Source of the DNA: a virus
Lineage: Duplodnaviria; Caudoviricetes
Length of the DNA stretch: 53,330 nucleotides
Strand: one strand, 5' to 3'
IMG/VR virus record: IMGVR_UViG_3300042922_000577
Location: 1 to 53,330 of that record
The notes beneath the pieces are model-generated. The model was not told the origin of the DNA, searched no databases, and was given only the letters and a program-made list of their open reading frames with translations. This document shows positions 47,329-53,330 of the stretch, in pieces. Position 1 is the stretch's first letter, and each line of letters starts with the position of its first letter. Position numbers and translations under genes: made by a program.

Positions 47329-49041
47329 TCAGCTGAAGAGTGCCGGGTCGGCGGCCATCATCGTCGTGAGCAGGTCGGCGATGGCCTGGTGGCCCGTGTC
47401 GTTCGGGTGCAGGCCGTCACCGGTGTGTAGAGCCTTCCAGCGGCCGGAGTCGAGGGAGGACTCGACCGCCGGAGCGATGTCGAGCACGCGCGCCAGCAGG
47501 TGTCGAGGGTGGCCGACGAGCAGGGCACCGGGCGTGCCGATCGCCACGCGCGTGAGCGTCGTCGGGTCGAGCGGCGCCCCAGCCCGGAAATACTGGTTCG
47601 CAGTGACCCGGCGTGGCCCCTGGGTCGCGTTGACCGTCTGGTTCGTGACGGTGGCGTAGGCGTCGGTCGAGCCCGAGTTGGGCAGTAGGGTGAACCACGC
47701 GATGCGCTGGCCCTGGTGCCGCTTCCAGATCGTGATGCAGTCGTCGATGTACTGCTCGGCGGTGCGGTTCGCCCGGATGTCGTTGATGCCGTAGTTGCCT
47801 GCGAGCCAGCCGCTCGCGATTGCCAGTTCGTACCGGCTGCGCGAGGTGGGCAGGGGGTCGGTGTGAGCCGTCGAGCCCACGTCGGTGCGGTTCACGTAGG
47901 CCTGTGCGGTCTCGCCGGAGCGGTTTGCGATGAAGAACGAGCGCCCGGCAAGCGCCCGCGACAGGAAGTTTCGCGCGGTCGTGCCGGTGGAGCCCTCGCC
48001 TCCCATGATCGAGTCGCCGAGTCCCGTCGTGACGCCCTCGCCGGACCACTCGGTGAGGATGTAGGCCGGAGCGAACATGCCACTGCCGGAGTTCGAGAGC
48101 GCGCCGCCCATGGTGATGTCGGCGAGGTCGGTGCCGCGGGCCACTCCGTCGATGTTGGCCGCCGGGAGGTGGGTGAAGTGCCACTCCGTGCCGCCACGGG
48201 TCAGGTGGGTCCAGAAGGCGATGGCGTCGCCCGCGTTGTGGGGGAAGATGATCTCGTCGGAGATCGCCCAGGAGCGCGCCGGAATGGTCACGCTGGCGGC
48301 TCCGGCCCACGTGATCTGCACGGCCTGGTTGACCGAGCCTCGGAGCGTGATGGGGCCGGGTGCGGCGTTGTAGTAGGCCGCGCGCAGGATGAGACCGGCG
48401 CGGATCATGGTGTGCGTGATCTTGCTCACCATGGTGTTGTTCGTGGTGTCGCGTCCGCTGAAGTCGAACCGCGGGTAGCGCGGAGATACCGGCACGAGAC
48501 CCGTTCCGAGAAGCCCGCGGACGGGGCGGATCACCGCGCTGTCCACCTTGGTCGCCACGGCCTGCGAACTGGCCGAGGCGGGGTCTCCGAGGATGGTGGC
48601 GACCAGCCCGTCCGCGGTGGCGACGATGCCGCTGCTGGGGTCGGCCGGGATCGCCGTGGTGAGGTCGAGCACGCTCCCGGCGGGAAGGTAGAAGCTGAAC
48701 GAGAACGGCGAGACGCCTACGAGTTCGACGGCGGCCGTGTAGGTGAAGTCGGTGGGGTCGCCGGGGCTGTTCGAGGCGATGAGGCGGACGCCCTGCTGGC
48801 CGTCAGGGCTGATGAGGTAGCCGTTGGAGTCGAGGCTGAGCGTCACCGCCTGCTGGAACATCGTCACCGGGTTCGGCGTCACGAACGGGAGCTTGACCCG
48901 CGGCGCGGTGGGGGCGATGACGACCTTCCCCTGCATCGGGAGCATGTCCGGCTCTCGATTGGGGTCGGCCGCATCGACCACCGCCTGAATGAATTGCCCG
49001 ACGACGGTGCCGTAGAGCACTCCGCTTGGAAGATCAGCCAT
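47329..49041 (-). CDS. virion appendage/minor tail protein with SGNH (GDSL) hydrolase domain
   Basis: Block I GLGDSI, II RSG, III NYGIND, V DGLHPN; N-terminal tail-attachment-like domain. Confidence 0.8.
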   Translation of the reverse strand: MADLPSGVLYGTVVGQFIQAVVDAADPNREPDMLPMQGKVVIAPTAPRVKLPFVTPNPVTMFQQAVTLSLDSNGYLISPDGQQGVRLIASNSPGDPTDFTYTAAVELVGVSPFSFSFYLPAGSVLDLTTAIPADPSSGIVATADGLVATILGDPASASSQAVATKVDSAVIRPVRGLLGTGLVPVSPRYPRFDFSGRDTTNNTMVSKITHTMIRAGLILRAAYYNAAPGPITLRGSVNQAVQITWAGAASVTIPARSWAISDEIIFPHNAGDAIAFWTHLTRGGTEWHFTHLPAANIDGVARGTDLADITMGGALSNSGSGMFAPAYILTEWSGEGVTTGLGDSIMGGEGSTGTTARNFLSRALAGRSFFIANRSGETAQAYVNRTDVGSTAHTDPLPTSRSRYELAIASGWLAGNYGINDIRANRTAEQYIDDCITIWKRHQGQRIAWFTLLPNSGSTDAYATVTNQTVNATQGPRRVTANQYFRAGAPLDPTTLTRVAIGTPGALLVGHPRHLLARVLDIAPAVESSLDSGRWKALHTGDGLHPNDTGHQAIADLLTTMMAADPALFS

Positions 49042-49074
49042 ACGTGGATCGTAGCGGACCCTCCCCGGGTTACC

Positions 49075-49323
49075 TCACTGCGACGACGCGCTCAGCTGGT
49101 CGAACTCGTTCTGCCAGTCCCGCAGCGCCTCGCGCCGGTAGTCGGTGTTCTCCCAGCGCAGCCGCCGGATGCGCTCCAGGCGCCGCCGCCCGGGGATCGT
49201 GAAGATGACGTGGACGAGCGTCAGGCTGACCACCGCGCACGCCGCCAGCATCACGAGCCCGAGTAGCAGCTGCGCCCAGAGCGGCCAGTGGGCGAGCATC
49301 CCCGGCCCCCAGTAGGTGATCAC
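49075..49323 (-). CDS. small membrane protein
   Basis: TM helix followed by a charged tail; GTGA coupling. Confidence 0.6.
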   Translation of the reverse strand: MITYWGPGMLAHWPLWAQLLLGLVMLAACAVVSLTLVHVIFTIPGRRRLERIRRLRWENTDYRREALRDWQNEFDQLSASSQ

Positions 49324-49460
49324 GAGCGCTGCTCCCGCGGCCGATGCAGGTGGCACCGCCCGGTCGCGTGGTTCGTCAGCTTCTGGCAATGCTTCCGCCA
49401 GGCCACCACGTGACGCCCGACCTTGGGGCCATCGATTGCGTACATGCAGCGCTTGCTCAC
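49320..49460 (-). CDS. small Cys/His protein (C...C...CHLH)
   Basis: Translated by hand; coupled on both sides. Confidence 0.5.
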   Translation of the reverse strand: MSKRCMYAIDGPKVGRHVVAWRKHCQKLTNHATGRCHLHRPREQRS

Positions 49461-49996
49461 AGGTCACCCCGCAGGATGCGGTCGCCCGCCTCGACGGCCT
49501 GGGCGGCACTCAGGAGCATGATGTCGTTCTGGTCGAGCATCACGCGCGCCCGGCCGCCGGTGCGGTGCTCCCAGTGGCCTCGCGGGTCCGGAATCCACCG
49601 CCCCACGCCCGTCACGTCCTGGTCGGCGTCGTTGCGGCGGCCGTGCTGCTCGGGGTTGAACTCGGTGCGGGAGGTGACCCACAGCGTGTCGTTGCCGTCG
49701 AGGTGGACCTGGAGGTTGACGTGACGGTCCCTCTCCTGCGCCTTCCAGGCCTCGCGCAGGCTCGCCTCGACCGGCTCCGTCAGTTCGGGGACGACCTGAT
49801 CGAGCATCGCTTCGAGCGACGGCGAGCCGAACACCTTGACGATGACGGCGGGCAGAACGTCGCCCGCGCGAGGGTCGTTGCCCCGCTGGGCGGCCTGGCC
49901 AGCCTGGCGCCGGTTGTTGACGATCTGGCGCACGTCGTTGTCGTCCAGGGTGTACAGGACGTGCGCGCCGAGCAGGGGGTGGATGTTCGTGTTCAT
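49457..49996 (-). CDS. hypothetical protein
   Basis: GAGGAG RBS; GN...GDVLPAVIV...NLQVHLDG.D.LWVTS motif. Confidence 0.75.
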   Translation of the reverse strand: MNTNIHPLLGAHVLYTLDDNDVRQIVNNRRQAGQAAQRGNDPRAGDVLPAVIVKVFGSPSLEAMLDQVVPELTEPVEASLREAWKAQERDRHVNLQVHLDGNDTLWVTSRTEFNPEQHGRRNDADQDVTGVGRWIPDPRGHWEHRTGGRARVMLDQNDIMLLSAAQAVEAGDRILRGDL

Positions 49997-50340
49997 GCTG
50001 AGGGCTCCTCGGGGATGTCGATGGTGCGGGTTTCGATGATGTAGGGCGGGCCGAAGCGTTCGAGATCGACCAGCACCTGAACCTCCTGGAGGAAGCCCAG
50101 GCGCCGGAGGTCGGCGTTGAATCCGACCATGAGCTTGTGGACCTCCTCGGGAGTCGCCTGCTCACCGTGCGAGCGCATCTCGTCCCAGATGAAGCCGTTC
50201 GCCCGGCAACTGGCGCATGCGCCGCAGGGCAGGTGGCCGATCAACCGCTGATCACCGATGCCCGGCGTGATCCGAACGCGGTTCGTGCATCGGTCGGAGG
50301 CTCGGATGACCTCGATCGCTTCGAGGTAGCTCAGGCTCAT
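49993..50340 (-). CDS. hypothetical protein with CGACASC motif
   Basis: ATGA coupling. Confidence 0.65.
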   Translation of the reverse strand: MSLSYLEAIEVIRASDRCTNRVRITPGIGDQRLIGHLPCGACASCRANGFIWDEMRSHGEQATPEEVHKLMVGFNADLRRLGFLQEVQVLVDLERFGPPYIIETRTIDIPEEPSA

Positions 50341-50882
50341 TTCGGCACCATCTCGGGGTCGATGCGCTCCTCGCCGTCGTCGTACTCGACGCTCTCCCAG
50401 TTCGGGTCGCCCTGGAGCCGCGCGGAGACGCGCAGAGCGAGCGTCCGGGCGTCGGTGGTCTCCTCGACATGCGAGAGCGAGTCGAGGATGTCGGTCCGGG
50501 CCTGGAGGTGGGCGCCCAGCTGCTCGTGGAGCTTGTTCACGGCGCTCATCTCGCCCGCGAGGTAGGCACGCCGGGAGACGACGTGGATCGACTGGCTGAT
50601 GTCCTGCCAGCGCACGTCGGCCCACTCGGTGGCGGCGATGGCCTCGATCGCCCCGTCCGCGATGGACAGGGCCGTCTTGTCGGCGTCGCCGTCGAGGATC
50701 GGGAAGAGCCCGGGCAGGTTGTGACGCATGAACGCGACCATCGTGGGAAGGTCATCGAACAGGACGCGGGTGGAGCCGTCTCGCTCGTCTCGGGTGTCGA
50801 CCCAGAAGGCGATACCCTCCGCGCCGTCGAAGCTGAACGGCCCCATCTGGTCGCTGGGCTCGGGGATGGTGTTCTCGGTCAT
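50337..50882 (-). CDS. hypothetical protein
   Basis: GAAGGAG RBS. Confidence 0.7.
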   Translation of the reverse strand: MTENTIPEPSDQMGPFSFDGAEGIAFWVDTRDERDGSTRVLFDDLPTMVAFMRHNLPGLFPILDGDADKTALSIADGAIEAIAATEWADVRWQDISQSIHVVSRRAYLAGEMSAVNKLHEQLGAHLQARTDILDSLSHVEETTDARTLALRVSARLQGDPNWESVEYDDGEERIDPEMVPK

Positions 50883-51367
50883 GCTCGTAGCTCCTTCTCG
50901 TTGGCGAGCGCCCACTGGGCGCCCTCGATGAATCGTTCTCGGGCGTCCTCGTTGTAGCCGTACGGGTCGCTCCGGGCCACGCCGGTCTCGCCGAACGGGT
51001 CGTCCACCTCGTGGTCCGGCGGGTACCGGCGCATCGCTTCCTCGGCGATGGCCTCCTGCTGCTGCGCGAAGGCCCGGGCCAGGCGCTGCACGACGGCATC
51101 GACCGTGGGCACCGGGGTGGCATTGGCGCTGTCGAACCGCTGCATCTCGGCCGCGATGTCGCCGGTCAGCTTCTCGCGGCGCGCGTCGGCGCCCTCCTGG
51201 TCCAGGGCGCTCTTGGCCTCGTCTCGCCAGCGGTTCACGGCGATGGCGGGGTAGTGCCGGGTGAACTCGCCCCAGTTCGCGGGGTAGCCCAGGTCGACGT
51301 ACAGCGCCGACTGCGCAGCCGCTTCGTAGAGCTCCTTCGCCTTCTTCTCGACCGCGCCGTCGCTCAC
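50879..51367 (-). CDS. hypothetical protein
   Basis: GGAGG RBS, GTGA coupling. Confidence 0.65.
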   Translation of the reverse strand: MSDGAVEKKAKELYEAAAQSALYVDLGYPANWGEFTRHYPAIAVNRWRDEAKSALDQEGADARREKLTGDIAAEMQRFDSANATPVPTVDAVVQRLARAFAQQQEAIAEEAMRRYPPDHEVDDPFGETGVARSDPYGYNEDARERFIEGAQWALANEKELRA

Positions 51368-51843
51368 GAGTCCGCCTCCAGCCGCACGAGGGCGATCCGG
51401 CCCCTGGCCCAGTCGACCTGTCGGAAGGTGGCGAGGGCCTGCGTGCTGAGGGTCGCCAGGGTCTGGACGGTCGGCAGGTCGAACACGCGCGCCGCCTCCG
51501 GCCCCCAGCGCTCGTTGCGCCGCGGGTCTTCCGCCCAGTCGGCCAGCGTGTGAATGTCGACGAACTGCGCGCCGGTGCGGGTCTTGTAGCCGTCCTTCCG
51601 GAACCGGTCGAGGTACAGCCGAACGAACGGGTCGTGGCTGCGCTCGTAGTACCCCGCCTTGCGCGGATCGGGCATGGTCGACCGCGCCTCGCGCTCGATC
51701 ACCCGCAGGCTCTTTGCCTTCGCGATCGTCTGGCCGGACAGCACGCCGAGGTGCAGTTCGTCCGGGTGGATCGGGATTTCGAGGGAGCGCACCTCGACCG
51801 TGAGGAGGTTCGTGACGCCGCGGGTGAAGTCGATGACGCTCAT
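51364..51843 (-). CDS. hypothetical protein
   Basis: ATGA coupling. Confidence 0.65.
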   Translation of the reverse strand: MSVIDFTRGVTNLLTVEVRSLEIPIHPDELHLGVLSGQTIAKAKSLRVIEREARSTMPDPRKAGYYERSHDPFVRLYLDRFRKDGYKTRTGAQFVDIHTLADWAEDPRRNERWGPEAARVFDLPTVQTLATLSTQALATFRQVDWARGRIALVRLEADS

Positions 51844-52241
51844 CGCTGACCCCCGACCGTGATGGTGTCCCACTCGACCTCATCGAACTCGTCGCGGATG
51901 TCAGCGGCCATGCGCAGCAGAGCCTCGGCCGTGTCGACGCGGAAGATGATGTTGAGGTAATCGTTCCAGCTGGAGGGATCGGCACGCACGACGCCGCCGG
52001 AGAGCGTGACCTTGTTCACGGCGCGGTATGTCTCCTCGCCATCACGGGTGAACCGGTCGACCTCGATCCAGGTGGAGAGGGGGAGGGCCATGCCGTCGAC
52101 GATCTCGCGCTGACAGATCAGGCGCTTCGGCTTCGCGGCCGACTGGCCCTTGCGGACCTGGAGCACGATGTCATCCGTAGTCAGGTGGCGCGTGATGCGC
52201 TGCACCTCTCGGGTCGTGCGGGTGGTGGTGCGGGTGGACAT
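51840..52241 (-). CDS. hypothetical protein
   Basis: GGAAGGA RBS. Confidence 0.7.
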   Translation of the reverse strand: MSTRTTTRTTREVQRITRHLTTDDIVLQVRKGQSAAKPKRLICQREIVDGMALPLSTWIEVDRFTRDGEETYRAVNKVTLSGGVVRADPSSWNDYLNIIFRVDTAEALLRMAADIRDEFDEVEWDTITVGGQR

Positions 52242-52313
52242 GGGTGTCCTTCCTGTTCGAGGGCCGTGATGCGGGTGGCCTTGCTGTTCTGATGTGGGGT
52301 GTTCAGTGGTGCG

Positions 52314-52386
52314 TGGACGAGGCAGGGATCGAACCTGCGGCCTCTCGATTTTCAGTCGAGCGCTCTGCCTACTGAGCTACTGGTCC
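52314..52386 (-). tRNA. tRNA-Phe (GAA)
   Basis: GGACCAG TA GCTC-AGTAGGCA-GAGC G CTCGA-CTGAAAA-TCGAG AGGCC GCAGG-TTCGATC-CCTGC CTCGTCC A; one C:C mismatch in the acceptor stem; no encoded CCA. Confidence 0.92.
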
Positions 52387-52511
52387 GTTCCTGGCGACCG
52401 AGGGCCGAGTGGGGGTGTCCTGGAAGACTCTCGGCCCCCGATCTGGCAGGGGGTGTATCTGGGGGATACGGGTGCGACGCTACCGGTTGGGTAGGCGTTT
52501 GTCTACTTGGA

Positions 52512-52688
52512 TTACGGGCAGCCCTCGCAGGGCGCCTTTTCGGTGAGGTGGACGGCGCTCGGCACGCTGGAGGCACGCCCGGACGGCGCGGCGGTGGCGT
52601 CGCCGACCTTCGGGGTGCTCGGGCGCTTCGGGGCCTTGCTCGGGTCGGGGAGGTCGGCTTCGGTCTGGGAGGGGAGTGGCTTCTGCAT
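52512..52688 (-). CDS. small Pro-rich protein ending CEGCP (58 aa)
   Basis: Translated by hand; TAGGCT 6 nt upstream of the ATG. Confidence 0.5.
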   Translation of the reverse strand: MQKPLPSQTEADLPDPSKAPKRPSTPKVGDATAAPSGRASSVPSAVHLTEKAPCEGCP

Positions 52689-52697
52689 GCGGGCAGC

Positions 52698-52904
52698 CTA
52701 CTCTCGCCGCTCACCCAGCGACAGCCGCTCGGCAACGCGCTCCCACAGCTGTCCCGGGGTGCGCTCCGGCACGCGGTGGAAGACGTTCACCGCGATCTCG
52801 TCGGCACGCAGGCGGCGGTCGCCGTCCGCCCACATCTCGCACCACAGGGGCATCTGGTCGTCAGGTATGGGGCCACCGGAGACCGTGAGCAGCGGGGCGC
52901 TCAT
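52698..52904 (-). CDS. hypothetical protein
   Basis: ATGA coupling. Confidence 0.55.
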   Translation of the reverse strand: MSAPLLTVSGGPIPDDQMPLWCEMWADGDRRLRADEIAVNVFHRVPERTPGQLWERVAERLSLGERRE

Positions 52905-53197
52905 CCGTGCACCCGCCGGAAGTGGGCGTCCAACACGCGAGAGATGCGGCGCAGGGTCCACCGCTCTCGGAAGGTCATGCCGCGGGGCCACCGGTGGAAC
53001 ACCTCGGGGCAGGCCCAGAGGGACGGGTCGTGCTGGCGGTAGCCGCGCAGCGTGACCGTGCCGACCTTCACCTCGTGGGAGGGGATGCGGTGCTTCGCGA
53101 GGATTTCGGCGGCCTGGTGCTTCATGGCCTTGATGACTCCGGGCTGCATGGGCCAGGGCGGGGATGGGAACTTGGGCTTGCGGTCTGATCTGCTCAT
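52901..53197 (-). CDS. basic hypothetical protein, first gene of the leftward arm
   Basis: TACATT 6 nt upstream of the ATG. Confidence 0.65.
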   Translation of the reverse strand: MSRSDRKPKFPSPPWPMQPGVIKAMKHQAAEILAKHRIPSHEVKVGTVTLRGYRQHDPSLWACPEVFHRWPRGMTFRERWTLRRISRVLDAHFRRVHG

Positions 53198-53330
53198 TGG
53201 GCGAATGTATCAGGTCTTTGGGGCGTTTTTCTTAGCGGAAAAAATTGGGTAGGGGGGCGATTTTCACCAGGGAATGGGTGGGAAAAGGCGATAGGGGGTG
53301 TGCGTTTGTTCGTGCAGTTTTTTGGGGTGG

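Noticed and set aside
53204-53330. 127-bp repeat as a biological direct terminal repeat
   Set aside because: The length matches a common assembler k-mer, so a circular overlap is more likely. Real ends need read data.
1-53330. Integrase/lysogeny module, reverse transcriptase, DNA-modification genes or genetic-code reassignment
   Set aside because: I found no recognisable motifs, and genes read through normally with standard stops and tight coupling.

Overview
The window is a complete, circularised ~53.2 kb high-GC siphovirus genome; positions 1-127 repeat exactly at 53204-53330, most likely an assembly overlap. The host is probably an actinobacterium such as a member of the Microbacteriaceae (inferred from GC content, gene content and promoter style). 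The rightward arm (390-24571) carries many small early genes and a DNA metabolism module: SF2 helicase, DEDDh exonuclease, ERF annealase, PD-(D/E)XK exonuclease, SSB-like protein, primase-helicase fusion and RuvC-like resolvase. The leftward arm (53197 down to 24654) carries small unknown genes, tRNA-Phe(GAA), an SGNH-esterase appendage, terminases, portal, scaffold/protease, capsid, head-tail genes, two paralogous tail-tube genes, a frameshifted tail chaperone, tape measure, minor tail proteins, endolysin and holin. I found no integrase or DNA polymerase, so it appears lytic. The most unusual signals are: (1) several unrelated early proteins end in the same acidic-Phe tail (DEGF/EGF/DDDF) as the phage SSB; (2) a multi-hairpin element with a tRNA T-arm lies just upstream of the primase; (3) about ten leftward genes have a -10 hexamer 6-8 nt before the ATG (leaderless architecture), whereas early cassettes use an extended SD; (4) a 12-bp operator-like motif recurs at early promoters; (5) an AT-rich origin candidate is flanked by inverted repeats; (6) a secreted protein ends exactly at a sortase-like LVATG; (7) the lysis cassette is split. 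All calls come from reading motifs by eye; no database searches were run.
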